Source: Bacteroidales bacterium (lineage in GTDB: Bacteria > Bacteroidota > Bacteroidia > Bacteroidales > UBA932). Taken from it: a stretch of DNA of 64,000 nt. The stretch covers positions 55,244 through 119,243 of the forward strand of contig SUYO01000005.1 of assembly GCA_015060385.1 (NCBI GenBank), written 5' to 3'. Under the pieces are notes generated by a model that worked only from the letters and a program-made list of their open reading frames with translations, had not been told where the DNA came from and made no database searches. Below, one piece after another: positions 20,058 to 30,444 of the stretch (position 1 is its first letter; each line of letters starts with the position of its first letter). A program made the translations under genes and the position numbers.

Positions 20058-20771
20058 GTGGCAGACCTCATAATAGATATTGGAAATACAGCATTGAAGG
20101 CTTCATGGTGTGACGGGATGACTCTTGGAAAGACATCCAGATATCAGGGAGAGAGAATGCTGGATTTCATATTGTCACTTACTTCCAGGTCCAGACCGGA
20201 AAAGATAGTTCTCAGCAGTACCAGAAACTTCAGTGAAAACAGCATCAGAAGACTTGAGCATGAATGTGAAAAGCTTATAATTGCCGGTAATGAGATATTT
20301 TCAAGATACGATATTCCGGATTATATGACTCCTGACAGGGCTGCGTCAATAATAGCATCAAGATATCTTTTCAAGGGAAAGGAATGCATGATATTCGATT
20401 TCGGTACGACACTGACCGTGGATTTTCTTGATGCAGGCGGAAAATATGAAGGAGGAAACATCTCTCCCGGTCTGAGGACAAGACTGAGGTCGTTGAACAG
20501 ATATACCCGATCGCTTCCTCTGATAGACGCTCCTGAATCCGAGTCTTCCACAGGTCATGATATAAGATCTTCCATAGAATCAGGAGTTGTATCAGGCATA
20601 ATATTTGAATTGGAAGGTTATATTTCACGTCACCCCGAAAAAATATCCGTTTTTACGGGAGGTGATGCGATTTATTTTGCAAAACGGATGAAAAACTCCA
20701 TCTTTGCAGTTTCTAACCTAGTTTTAATGGGGTTAGCATTAATTGCGGTTGAATATGATAAGAAAGATTGA
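20058..20771 (+). CDS. coaX: Type III pantothenate kinase
   Basis: IDIGNT, DR, DFGT, GGNISPG and TGGDA motifs. Confidence 0.88.
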   Translation: MADLIIDIGNTALKASWCDGMTLGKTSRYQGERMLDFILSLTSRSRPEKIVLSSTRNFSENSIRRLEHECEKLIIAGNEIFSRYDIPDYMTPDRAASIIASRYLFKGKECMIFDFGTTLTVDFLDAGGKYEGGNISPGLRTRLRSLNRYTRSLPLIDAPESESSTGHDIRSSIESGVVSGIIFELEGYISRHPEKISVFTGGDAIYFAKRMKNSIFAVSNLVLMGLALIAVEYDKKD

Positions 20772-22083
20772 AAAGATATTTCTGTTGTCAGTGTTTCTCA
20801 TCATAAGCGTTTCCATGTCAGCACAGGAAGGCGCTTATGGTGCGTATTCTCCATATTCCATTTTCGGAATAGGAGACCTTTCAAAAGAAGGAACAGCCTA
20901 CAACAAGAGTATGGGTGGGGTCGGTATAGCTACAAGAAACAACAGAGTCATAAACTATATGAATCCTGCGGCAGTGACTGCAAGGGATTCACTTTCGTTC
21001 ATGGCTGATTTCGGACTTGTACAGAATAACAAGATGTTTGCCCAGGGAGACCTCAGATCAGGAAACAATACATTCAATATATATGATTTCGTGATGTCTT
21101 TCCCTATCTGGAGATCTTCTGCATTCATGGTCGGAATAACCCCGTACAGTGATGTAGGATATGATTTTTCTTCGATAGAGACCAATCCTGATATAATTGG
21201 AAATACAGGAAACCTTACGTATGATTCATATGGAACAGGTAGTGTTTACCAGGCGTTCATAGGTTCGGGAGTAACATTCTGGAAGAGGCTTTCTATTGGT
21301 GCCGAAATGATTTATTATTTCGGAAACATAGATAAGATTACGAATCTTGATTTTGCAGACGGTTCATACAGGTCAATGAACAGCGGAAGCGAACTTTCCC
21401 TCAGAGGAATTACAGGAAAGTTCGGTCTTCAGTACGAGCAGAAGCTTGGTGACAAGGTATCCATGACCATAGGTGCTACCTATAAGATGGGTACGAAGAT
21501 GAAAGGATATTCAACCAATTTCAGGTTTGCGAACATGGCAAGTGTAAGCGACACATTGAAGTATTCTGTAGATACGCTTGCAAAGACAGGTGCAAGATTC
21601 GGTGATGAGATTGGTTTGGGAATATCTTTCAAGAACGCTGACAAGTGGAGTGCTGAGTTCAACTATACGAGATCAGACTGGACAAAGTCAGGTATGGACA
21701 ATGCCCCGGGATTTTCTGTCATAGGTGATTCGAAGTTCACAACTACCGTATCCAATTCATACAGGGCAGGTTTCGAAATAGTCCCTGACAGAAACGATAT
21801 CAGGCGATATTTGAACAGATGTGCCTATAGGGCTGGAATATATTATGACCAGTCATATTACAAGATGGACGGTCATGCAGTGAATTCGATGGGTCTTACG
21901 TTCGGAATAACATTCCCGATAGAGAATGCGAATTCATACAGGATATACAACGGAGTTTCGCTTGGAATGGATATAGGGCAGAGAGCAAGTACGAGAAATG
22001 ATCTGATCCGCGAAAGGTATGTGATGTTTGTCATCGGATTTAATATACATGACCTCTGGTTCATAAAGAATCAATACAGGTAA
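20755..22083 (+). CDS. Outer-membrane beta-barrel protein (FadL-like Bacteroidetes family of the coaX-lptC cluster)
   Basis: Signal peptide, SPYSIFGIG, MGG, NPAA, alternating beta-strands, terminal WF motif. Confidence 0.7.
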   Translation: MIRKIEKIFLLSVFLIISVSMSAQEGAYGAYSPYSIFGIGDLSKEGTAYNKSMGGVGIATRNNRVINYMNPAAVTARDSLSFMADFGLVQNNKMFAQGDLRSGNNTFNIYDFVMSFPIWRSSAFMVGITPYSDVGYDFSSIETNPDIIGNTGNLTYDSYGTGSVYQAFIGSGVTFWKRLSIGAEMIYYFGNIDKITNLDFADGSYRSMNSGSELSLRGITGKFGLQYEQKLGDKVSMTIGATYKMGTKMKGYSTNFRFANMASVSDTLKYSVDTLAKTGARFGDEIGLGISFKNADKWSAEFNYTRSDWTKSGMDNAPGFSVIGDSKFTTTVSNSYRAGFEIVPDRNDIRRYLNRCAYRAGIYYDQSYYKMDGHAVNSMGLTFGITFPIENANSYRIYNGVSLGMDIGQRASTRNDLIRERYVMFVIGFNIHDLWFIKNQYR

Positions 22084-22129
22084 GGATGTAACTAAAACCG
22101 CATATAAAATATAAATACACAATAACATT

Positions 22130-23458
22130 ATGAAAAGAATTGTACTGTTAATTTCAATCGCTGCAATGGCATTGTTCAGCAGCAGCACTCTTTCGGCTCA
22201 GGGTAAGTTCGGACCTGACAGTGCAGAGTGTATCAAGTATCTTTCGTATTATACGGAGTATTACAAGCAGAAGAATTATGATTCAGCCCTTCCTAACTGG
22301 AGGCAGGCTTATCATCTCTGTCCTCCTACATCGAGGTATTCTCTTCTTTCTGACGGAACGACACTCCTCAAGAGAGTTCTTCAGGCAAATTCAAAGAATC
22401 CTATCTACAAGGAGGCTCTTGTTGACTCTATCATGAAGATCTATGACGAGCGTATCCAGTATTGGCCAAAGTATGCTACAAGCTCTCTCAACAACAAGGC
22501 TCTCGACATGTACAACTTCATGAAGGACGAGCCAGAGAAACTGTATGAGGGTCTTACCAACGCTGTAACGGAACTCGGTTCAAGTGCAAGAGCAAATATA
22601 TATCTTTTCCAGATCAGCACTGCTGTAGATCTCTATAAGGATGGAAAACTTGATCCGGAGTCTGTCATCAACGTTTATGAGACAGCTGTAAAGAACATTG
22701 GTGAGATGAAGCCTAAGAATGATACTGAGAAGAGAAGCAACGAGAAGACTGTTTCTGATATCGAAAGTCTCTTCATTACAAGCCAGGTAGCAAGCTGCGA
22801 CAATCTTATAGCTCTCTTCACTCCAAGATTCGAGGCAGATCCTCAGAACCTTGACCTTGCAAAGAACATCGTGAGGATGATGGGTATCACAGAAGGATGT
22901 ACTGACAATGATCTCTTCCTCAGCGCTGTTACTGTAATGCACAATATGGAACCTTCACACGTTTCTGCATACAATCTTTACAAGCTTTATGCTGGTCGTG
23001 CGGATGTCGAGAACGCCATCAAGTATATGACAGAGGCTATCGAAAATGCAGAGTCTGACGCTGTTACCGATGGTGGTTATCAGTATGAGCTTGCAGCGTT
23101 CTGCTACAAGAATGCTCAGAACGCAAAGGCTTACGAGGCAGCACAGAAGGCAGTGGAACTCGATCCTTCACTTGCAGGAAAGGCTTACATGCTCATGGGA
23201 ACTATCTGGGGTAGCGTAGTATGCTCTGGAAACGATATCGAGCAGAGAGCCAAGTATTGGGTAGCAGTTGACTACATGAACAAGGCAAAGGCTGCTGACG
23301 AGACTCTTGCAGAGGATGCGAACAACATGATCAGACAGTACTCGTCATACTATCCTCAGACAGCTGAGGCCTTCATGTATGACATTACAGACGGTCAGTC
23401 TTACACTGTTTCATGTGGCGGCATGAGGGCTACAACAACAGTAAGGACTCAGAAATAA
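22130..23458 (+). CDS. Periplasmic tetratricopeptide-repeat protein
   Basis: Signal peptide and helical TPR-like repeats (AYEAAQKAVELDPS..KAY); conserved position before lptC. Confidence 0.75.
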   Translation: MKRIVLLISIAAMALFSSSTLSAQGKFGPDSAECIKYLSYYTEYYKQKNYDSALPNWRQAYHLCPPTSRYSLLSDGTTLLKRVLQANSKNPIYKEALVDSIMKIYDERIQYWPKYATSSLNNKALDMYNFMKDEPEKLYEGLTNAVTELGSSARANIYLFQISTAVDLYKDGKLDPESVINVYETAVKNIGEMKPKNDTEKRSNEKTVSDIESLFITSQVASCDNLIALFTPRFEADPQNLDLAKNIVRMMGITEGCTDNDLFLSAVTVMHNMEPSHVSAYNLYKLYAGRADVENAIKYMTEAIENAESDAVTDGGYQYELAAFCYKNAQNAKAYEAAQKAVELDPSLAGKAYMLMGTIWGSVVCSGNDIEQRAKYWVAVDYMNKAKAADETLAEDANNMIRQYSSYYPQTAEAFMYDITDGQSYTVSCGGMRATTTVRTQK

Positions 23459-23464
23459 TCTGAA

Positions 23465-24091
23465 TTGAAAAGACTCAGACATATCCTGAAGATGATTGCA
23501 ACCGCATCAGCGGTTGCTTTCGTCATTTATTCATGCAAGGGAAAACTTGGTGAGGCTGATGAAATAAAGATTGCCGAGACACCTGTCCAGACTGTAGATG
23601 ACATGTTTATTGTCCAGACGGAAAACAGTATCATCCAGCTGAGGGCAGAGGCTCCTCTTATGGAAAGATATGAGAACGACAGTCTTTCGTATGAACTTTT
23701 TCCGAAAGGAATATCCGTATTCGGATATACAGACGATGGAATGCTTGAGACTGAAATAGTCTCCGACAATGCAAGGCATCTCAAGTATAAGGATGGAAGG
23801 GAGACATGGGAAGCATTCGGAAATGTTGTGGTAAGAAATCTGATCAACCAGGAGACAATGGAGACTGATACATTGTATTGGGATCAGAAGAATGAAAGGA
23901 TCTATACCCACTGCTATGTAAGGATGTATTCTCCGGATGGATTTGCACAGGGATATGGAATGGAATCAGACCAGCGCGCAAGAGATACGGAACTCTTCAG
24001 TCCGTTCAATAATTACGCTATAATGGGACAGGATAGTACCAAGGTTGTGATTGATTCTGTTAATTTTATAGGACCTTTACTAAAAAAATAG
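23465..24091 (+). CDS. lptC: LPS export ABC transporter periplasmic protein LptC
   Basis: FPKGI, GNVVV, METDTLYWDQ, IYT and GYGMESDQ motifs. Confidence 0.8.
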   Translation: MKRLRHILKMIATASAVAFVIYSCKGKLGEADEIKIAETPVQTVDDMFIVQTENSIIQLRAEAPLMERYENDSLSYELFPKGISVFGYTDDGMLETEIVSDNARHLKYKDGRETWEAFGNVVVRNLINQETMETDTLYWDQKNERIYTHCYVRMYSPDGFAQGYGMESDQRARDTELFSPFNNYAIMGQDSTKVVIDSVNFIGPLLKK

Positions 24092-24181
24092 CGTCAGTTT
24101 TACAGAAAATTGTTAACTTCGCCCCCTCATGTGTAATTGCATGCATGAATGAACAGGAAATAATCTAAAACAAACAATAAA

Positions 24182-26167
24182 ATGGCAGTTCTTGAAACAA
24201 TTCGTGTCAAGCTCGGTATCTTCATAACAGTGCTCATCGCTGTGGCACTGTTGTCATTCATCATTGATCCGAGCACACTTCAGTCTGTATCGGCATCTAT
24301 GTCGTCGAAGTATGATGTAGGTGAAATCAATGGAAATTCTGTTTCATATACGGATTTTCAGGCAGAAATAGACAGATTTACAGCTCTTAACGAGATCATG
24401 ACAGGTTCTTCAGTACAGACTGAGGAGATGCAGACATCAATCAGGGATGCTGCATGGCAGTCTCTCGTGGACAAGTACCTTTTCATCAAGAATGCAAAGG
24501 CAGCTGGTCTGAATGTAGGTGAGGAAGAGATGGTGGACCTTATTTCAGGTCTTATCGATTCACCTGTATTCACTCAGAATCCTGCATTCTGCGACGAGAA
24601 CGGAGTATTCTCTCCAGCTCTCCTCAATGATTTCGTAAGCTATATCTCGACTGATGAGACAGGTCGTCTCCAGCTTTACTGGGACTATCTTATCGAGTCG
24701 GCTCAGACACAGCAGTACTATGACAAGTACTACTCGCTCTTTACTGCGAGCAACATTACAAACCCTCTCATGCTTACTAATGCAATTGCTGAGAACAACA
24801 ACACTTTCGATGTTGAGTTCGTGATGGTACCTTTCGGATACGCTCCAGACTCTACTATCGTTGTTACAGAGGGTGAGATCAAAAAGTATTATGACTCTCA
24901 CAAGAAGTTCTTCAAGCAGCAGGCAAGCAGGGATATCGAGTATGTAGTATATGAGGTTGTACCTTCAGAGTCTGACATCGTTGCTGCAAACGAGGCTCTT
25001 GTAAAGGTATATGACGAGTTCGCTGAGGCTGAGAACATGAAGAGCTTCCTTCTTGCAAACTCTGACAGACAGTTGGATAACCACTGGTATCGTGCAGGTG
25101 AACTCAATACAGTAGCTGCAGTTGTCAACAACTATGTATTCGGTGACGATGCGAAAGGCGTATCTGAGGTTCTTTCAAACGGTGACACATTCTATGCTGT
25201 ACGTGTTATGGAAGAGGCTATGGTACCGGATTCAGTGTTCGTTAAGTATGTTCCTACCGCTTCTGAGAATGTAGACAGCCTTCTCAACGTTGCTGAACCT
25301 ATGTGGATTGTACAGATGCCTGGTTACGAGGATGTCATGAGTGTGAAGAAGAATGGAAGGATCGATGTCAACGGTCTTACCTTCCAGGTGGTTGACAGAA
25401 CCGCTCCTGTAGCTAAGAAGAGAGTCGCTATTCTTGAGAAGACAGCTATTCCTAGCAAGGAAACTGTAAACGGATATTACTCACAGGCCAACACTCTTGC
25501 AACGAAGTCAGCTGGAAAGTATGACAAGTTCCAGGCAGCCTGCACAGAGGAAGGTGTATATGCACATCCTGTAAACAGAATGCCTGAAAGCGCTGACAGA
25601 CTTGGTTCTGTAGAGCATACAAAGGAAGTTACAAGATGGGCTTTCGAGGCAAAGGTCGGTGATGTATCAAACATCATTACAGTTGACAACAATTACTTCA
25701 TCGTTGCTGCACTCAAGGGTATCCACAAGGAAGGCTACGCTGATGTAAATGAAGTTGCAACTCAGATTGAAAATGTTCTCTACATGGAGAAGGCTGGTGA
25801 GAAGATGAGCCAGACAGTTGCAGAGAAGACAGCAGGTAAGGGTTCTATGGAGGCAATCGCCGAGGCTCTCGAGACTACAGTGAGCACAAAGGAAGGTGTT
25901 GCATTCTCATCGCTTACTTCGCAGGGTCTTGACACCAAGTTCATCGGTGCGGCTTCAGTTGCCGAGGACGGTAAGATCCACGGACCTTTCATCGGTTCTG
26001 TAGGTGTATATATGTACAAGGTTACAGGACGTGACACAGGTGCATTCTACACAGAGGACGATGCAAAGTCATATGAGACATCAAAGACTCAGTACTCTAC
26101 TCAGATGCTCGTTTCTACAATGATGGATGACGCTGAGGTCAAGGATAACAGAGCACGTTTCTTCTAG
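24182..26167 (+). CDS. SurA N-terminal domain / PpiD-like periplasmic chaperone
   Basis: MAVLETIR start, TM anchor, GEING, C-terminal VKDNRARFF. Confidence 0.85.
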   Translation: MAVLETIRVKLGIFITVLIAVALLSFIIDPSTLQSVSASMSSKYDVGEINGNSVSYTDFQAEIDRFTALNEIMTGSSVQTEEMQTSIRDAAWQSLVDKYLFIKNAKAAGLNVGEEEMVDLISGLIDSPVFTQNPAFCDENGVFSPALLNDFVSYISTDETGRLQLYWDYLIESAQTQQYYDKYYSLFTASNITNPLMLTNAIAENNNTFDVEFVMVPFGYAPDSTIVVTEGEIKKYYDSHKKFFKQQASRDIEYVVYEVVPSESDIVAANEALVKVYDEFAEAENMKSFLLANSDRQLDNHWYRAGELNTVAAVVNNYVFGDDAKGVSEVLSNGDTFYAVRVMEEAMVPDSVFVKYVPTASENVDSLLNVAEPMWIVQMPGYEDVMSVKKNGRIDVNGLTFQVVDRTAPVAKKRVAILEKTAIPSKETVNGYYSQANTLATKSAGKYDKFQAACTEEGVYAHPVNRMPESADRLGSVEHTKEVTRWAFEAKVGDVSNIITVDNNYFIVAALKGIHKEGYADVNEVATQIENVLYMEKAGEKMSQTVAEKTAGKGSMEAIAEALETTVSTKEGVAFSSLTSQGLDTKFIGAASVAEDGKIHGPFIGSVGVYMYKVTGRDTGAFYTEDDAKSYETSKTQYSTQMLVSTMMDDAEVKDNRARFF

Positions 26168-26188
26168 AATATCCAAGACAGACATACT

Positions 26189-26227
26189 TCTCCCGGTAAT
26201 CGTTCAGATTATCGGGAGATTTTTTTT
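26189..26227 (+). terminator. Intrinsic terminator after the ppiD-like gene
   Basis: TCTCCCGGTAATC...GATTATCGGGAGA followed by a long T tract. Confidence 0.75.
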
Positions 26228-26241
26228 ATTTTTGCCTTATC

Positions 26242-26371
26242 TTCCACAGGCATAGCCTGATGTTATCGGACGTCCGGCAAGCCGGACCCCACCACTGCGC
26301 TTCACTTGTGGTCCCCCTCTTACGTGGTCGAGGGTGGCCACGGTCCCAAACATCAGGCTATGCCTGTGGAA
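26242..26371 (+). ncRNA. Candidate structured RNA or small palindromic element of unknown family
   Basis: A perfect 23-bp terminal inverted repeat encloses three GC-rich hairpins and a potential pseudoknot. A TATTTTTG promoter-like element lies at 26227-26234. Confidence 0.5.
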
Positions 26372-26384
26372 AAGGAATGCGGAA

Positions 26385-26888
26385 ATGAAAAGGACATTAT
26401 ATATATTCACTGTTCTGGCTGTATTGACAGGATGCATCAAGGAGAAACAGACCGGGGCGGATCTGAAGGCAGGGGACATCCTGCCTGATTTCGAAGTGCA
26501 GATGAACGACGGAACTATAGTGACCGATGAGATGCTGAAGGAAACCGTGTCTGTAGTGATGTTCTTTCATACCTCATGTCCGGATTGTCAGCAGGTTCTT
26601 CCTCAGATGCAGAAGATATATGATGAATATGCTTCGGATGATGTCAGAATAGTCCTTGTTAGCCGGGAAGAGTCCCAGGAGGATATAGATGTCTTCTGGA
26701 AAGAAAAAGGCCTGAATATGCCTTATTCTGCTCAAAAAGACAGGACAGTGTATGAGAAGTTTGCCAAGACAAGGATTCCAAGAGTGTATATATGCGAAAA
26801 GGGCGGAACCATCAGGTATATCTTTACTGACGATCCCAACCCTTCATATGATGATCTGAAGGTTTCCCTTGAATCCCTTATACGTTAA
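26385..26888 (+). CDS. TlpA-family redoxin lipoprotein
   Basis: Lipobox VLTGC, CPDC active site, cis-Pro IPR. Confidence 0.85.
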   Translation: MKRTLYIFTVLAVLTGCIKEKQTGADLKAGDILPDFEVQMNDGTIVTDEMLKETVSVVMFFHTSCPDCQQVLPQMQKIYDEYASDDVRIVLVSREESQEDIDVFWKEKGLNMPYSAQKDRTVYEKFAKTRIPRVYICEKGGTIRYIFTDDPNPSYDDLKVSLESLIR

Positions 26889-27981
26889 AAAGGAAGTGCA
26901 TGATATCGCCGTCCTGAACGACATATTCCTTTCCTTCGACTCCCAGCTTACCTGCAGCACGGCATGCGGCCTCTGACTTGAGGGTCACGAAATCCTCGTA
27001 CTTTATCACCTCGGCACGGATGAATCCCTTCTCGAAGTCTGTATGGATGACTCCGGCAGCCTTAGGAGCCTTGTCACCCTTGTTTATGGTCCATGCGCGG
27101 CACTCGTCCGCTCCTGCTGTGAAATATGTACGGAGATTGAGAAGCGAGTAGGCGCTCTGGATCAGCCTTACGACTCCCGATTCCTCAAGACCCATCTCCT
27201 CAAGGAACATCTGACGCTCCTCATAGCTCTCAAGTTCAGCGATGTCAGACTCTATCTTGGCTGCTATGACAAGAATCTCTGCATCCTCGTCCTTGACAGC
27301 CTCGCGAACCTGCTCCACATACTGGTTTCCTGTCTTTGCAGATGCCTCATCCACGTTGCAGACATACATCACAGGCTTGTTTGTAAGGAGGAAAAGTTCC
27401 TTTGCAAGCTGCTCTTCCTCAGGATTCTCAGGTTTTACCGTACGGCATGACTTTCCTTCCTGGAGGGCATCCCTGTACCTGCAGAGAAGGTCGAAAAGCT
27501 TCTTTGCATTCTTGTCTCCTCCGGTCTGAGCCTGCTTCTGTACCTTTGCGATACGGTTTTCTACAGTCTCAAGGTCCTTGAGCTGAAGCTCCATGTCGAT
27601 CACTTCCTTGTCGCGTACAGGATCCACGCTTCCGTCAACATGGACGATGTTGGCATCGTCGAAGCAGCGGAGTACATGAAGGATGGCATCAGTCTCTCTG
27701 ATGTTTGCAAGGAACTGGTTTCCGAGACCTTCTCCCTTGCTTGCACCCTTTACAAGACCGGCGATATCCACGATTTCCACTGTAGCAGGAACCACCCTCT
27801 TCGGGTTGCAAAGACTTTCCAGAACCTCAAGCCTCTTGTCCGGTACGATGGTGGAACCGATGTTAGGTTCAATCGTACAGAAAGGGAAGTTTGCGCTCTG
27901 AGCCTTTCCTGAGCTCACGCAGTTGAACAATGTTGATTTTCCCACATTAGGGAGTCCTACGATACCGCATTTAAGTGCCAT
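26878..27981 (-). CDS. ychF: Redox-regulated ATPase YchF
   Basis: GIVGLPNVGKST, ANFPFCTIEPN, DIAGLVKGAS and HTDFEKGFIRAE motifs. Confidence 0.97.
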   Translation of the reverse strand: MALKCGIVGLPNVGKSTLFNCVSSGKAQSANFPFCTIEPNIGSTIVPDKRLEVLESLCNPKRVVPATVEIVDIAGLVKGASKGEGLGNQFLANIRETDAILHVLRCFDDANIVHVDGSVDPVRDKEVIDMELQLKDLETVENRIAKVQKQAQTGGDKNAKKLFDLLCRYRDALQEGKSCRTVKPENPEEEQLAKELFLLTNKPVMYVCNVDEASAKTGNQYVEQVREAVKDEDAEILVIAAKIESDIAELESYEERQMFLEEMGLEESGVVRLIQSAYSLLNLRTYFTAGADECRAWTINKGDKAPKAAGVIHTDFEKGFIRAEVIKYEDFVTLKSEAACRAAGKLGVEGKEYVVQDGDIMHFLFNV

Positions 27982-28139
27982 CTGTCTATATCTTTTTTAG
28001 TGAAAATTTACCTTTTATATCATCAGGGCGCAAATTTACGCTAACTTTTTCTTTTTCTTATCCTTATTTCCGTTTTTTAGCCAAAGTTTTTCTTTTTCTT
28101 ATCATTCTTTTTCTGATCTCCGTGCATCTTTGCATCATT

Positions 28140-29111
28140 ATGAAAAGAATGTATGTATTGATTTTTGCGCTCTTTCCTGCAGTTTTCCTGAATGCCCAGG
28201 AAAGGGACAGCGTGCTGACTGTCTTCTGGAATCTTGAGAACTTCTTTGACCATGTGGACCAGGGAACTGGTGAGTCAGATACGGAGTTCTCATCGATGGG
28301 AAGCCGCCGGTGGACCAGAAAGAAGTTCCAGGCAAAATGTGACAACATAGCAAAGAGCCTGTTATGGATGGGAGAAAAATACGGTCGAATGCCGGATGTG
28401 GTGGGGTTTGCGGAACTTGAGAACAGGGGAGTGCTTCAGAAGCTGCTCTCTTCCACCCTGCTGAGAAAATACGGTTACGGGATAGTCCACCATGATTCGG
28501 GCGACCGCAGAGGTATCGACGTGGGTCTGATATATCGCCGGTCTTCCTTCGTTTATGTCTCTCATTCATTGAAGACTCCGTATCATGAAGGCGAAAGGCT
28601 TGCTACCCGTGACATACTTCATGTGTGTCTTGAACATAAGGATGGAAGCCACATGCATTTCATCGTGAACCACCATCCTTCGAAATACGGAGGTGCAAGG
28701 GAATCGGAGGGACGCAGGAATGCTGCGATGACGGCCTTGAAGCAGGTCTGCGACTCTCTTGCGGATGTTTCGGACGGACCCCTTATCGCCATGGGCGATT
28801 TCAACGACACTCCGGATGCGGAGGCCTTCCGTCTTGTCGAAGGCACATTGTCAAACAAGGGGGAGAAGATTCATGAGAAAGGGGAGGGGACCATAAGGTA
28901 CGAGGGGAAATGGGAACTTATAGATATGTTCATGGTAAGTCCTGAGGTAGAGAACTTTACGGAAATGGAAGTGTGCAGGATACCCTTTCTCATGACCTGG
29001 GAAAGGAAACATCCGGGGGAGAAGCCTCTGAGGACCTATTCAGGTCCGAGATACATAGGGGGAGTGAGCGACCATTGCCCGATTATCCTTTGGTATTTCA
29101 AACCTAATTAG
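28140..29111 (+). CDS. Secreted endonuclease/exonuclease/phosphatase-family protein
   Basis: WNLENFFD, ELEN, RGIDV, NHHPS, MGDFND and SDHCP motifs. Confidence 0.88.
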   Translation: MKRMYVLIFALFPAVFLNAQERDSVLTVFWNLENFFDHVDQGTGESDTEFSSMGSRRWTRKKFQAKCDNIAKSLLWMGEKYGRMPDVVGFAELENRGVLQKLLSSTLLRKYGYGIVHHDSGDRRGIDVGLIYRRSSFVYVSHSLKTPYHEGERLATRDILHVCLEHKDGSHMHFIVNHHPSKYGGARESEGRRNAAMTALKQVCDSLADVSDGPLIAMGDFNDTPDAEAFRLVEGTLSNKGEKIHEKGEGTIRYEGKWELIDMFMVSPEVENFTEMEVCRIPFLMTWERKHPGEKPLRTYSGPRYIGGVSDHCPIILWYFKPN

Positions 29112-29156
29112 TACCTTTGAAGACTATTGCCACAATGAATCAATAACATACTGAAA

Positions 29157-30293
29157 ATGAAACAGAGAATATCCGAGAAATTCCAGACCCTTTACCGTAG
29201 CGAAGGTGAGTTTTACGCTTCGGCAGGTCGTATCAATCTTATCGGCGAGCATACCGACTATAACGGCGGCTTCGTTTTTCCCGGGGCCATCGACAAGGGA
29301 ATGATCGCTGAAATCAAGCCTAACGGCGGACGAAAGGTATGTGCCTTCGCACTTGACCTTGACGAATACTGTGAGTTCGGTCTTAATGAAGAAGATGCTC
29401 CTGTACAGGGCTGGGCACGATATATCTTCGGTGTCTGCCGTGAGATCCGCAAGAGGGGAGGAGAGATATCGGGATTCAATACGGTCTTTTCGGGAGATGT
29501 CCCTCTCGGAGCTGGAATGTCGTCTTCTGCAGCGCTTGAAAGCACGTTTGCATTTGCCCTGAATGATATCTTCGGATTGGGAATCGACAAGTTCGAGCTT
29601 GCGCGCATAGGTCAGAGCACCGAGCATAACTATTGTGGAGTGAAATGCGGTATCATGGACCAGTTCGCTTCTGTATTCGGAAAGGCAGGACATCTTATGC
29701 GTCTTGATTGCCGTTCGATGGAATTTGAGTACTTCCCGTTCGATCCAGAGCAGCACGGATACAGGCTTGTCCTTCTGAATTCCCGTGTAAAGCATCAGCT
29801 TACAGGTTCTCCGTACAACGACCGCCGTGCATCGTGCGAAAGGGTCGCCAAGGTCCTCGGTCAGGAATTCCTCCGCGGTGCCACGATGGAGCAGCTGGAA
29901 GCTATCAAGGACAAGATTTCAGAGGAAGACTATCTCCGTGCACGTTATGTGATCGGAGAGGAACGCAGGGTACTTGATGTCTGCGATGCGCTCAAGGCCG
30001 GTGATTATGAGACCGTTGGTGCAAGGATGTATGAGACACATTGGGGAATGTCAAAGGACTATGAGGTTTCATGCGAGGAGCTTGACTTCCTTGCTGAAGT
30101 GGCTCAGGAGTGCGGCGTTACAGGATCCCGCATCATGGGTGGAGGCTTCGGCGGCTGCACCATCAACCTTGTCAGGACAGAACTCTACGATGCATTCATC
30201 GCCAAGGCCAAGGCAGCCTTTGCAGAAAGATATGGTCACGAACCGGTCGAGATCCCGGTTGTCATCAGTGACGGTGCCCGCCGTCTGGCGTGA
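29157..30293 (+). CDS. galK: Galactokinase
   Basis: GRINLIGEHTDYN, PLGAGMSSSAA, CGIMDQ and SRIMGGGFGGC motifs. Confidence 0.96.
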   Translation: MKQRISEKFQTLYRSEGEFYASAGRINLIGEHTDYNGGFVFPGAIDKGMIAEIKPNGGRKVCAFALDLDEYCEFGLNEEDAPVQGWARYIFGVCREIRKRGGEISGFNTVFSGDVPLGAGMSSSAALESTFAFALNDIFGLGIDKFELARIGQSTEHNYCGVKCGIMDQFASVFGKAGHLMRLDCRSMEFEYFPFDPEQHGYRLVLLNSRVKHQLTGSPYNDRRASCERVAKVLGQEFLRGATMEQLEAIKDKISEEDYLRARYVIGEERRVLDVCDALKAGDYETVGARMYETHWGMSKDYEVSCEELDFLAEVAQECGVTGSRIMGGGFGGCTINLVRTELYDAFIAKAKAAFAERYGHEPVEIPVVISDGARRLA

Positions 30294-30299
30294 TGACCT
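30207..30299 (+). repeat. Direct repeat copy 1 (galK 3' end), 93 bp
   Basis: Matches 31343-31435 with 3 mismatches. Confidence 0.92.
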
Positions 30300-30444
30300 G
30301 GCACCTGCTTCTGATAGTTTTTGCAAAGAAAAGTGTTATCATTGTAAAAAACGGAAAAATCTTTTTTATGATCGGGTGAAATCCGTCACAATTATTTGAC
30401 AGGTGTTTCCCATATGCTGAACTTTAAAGGAAAAAGTCAAGCGT

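Noticed and set aside
26242-26371. Assignment as a pistol, twister, HDV or hammerhead ribozyme, SRP RNA or retron msr-msd
   Set aside because: The CGTGG/CCACG stem resembles pistol P1, but the topology and conserved linkers do not match. There is no CUGAUGA/GAAA core, no SRP loop and no RT gene. It is left unassigned.
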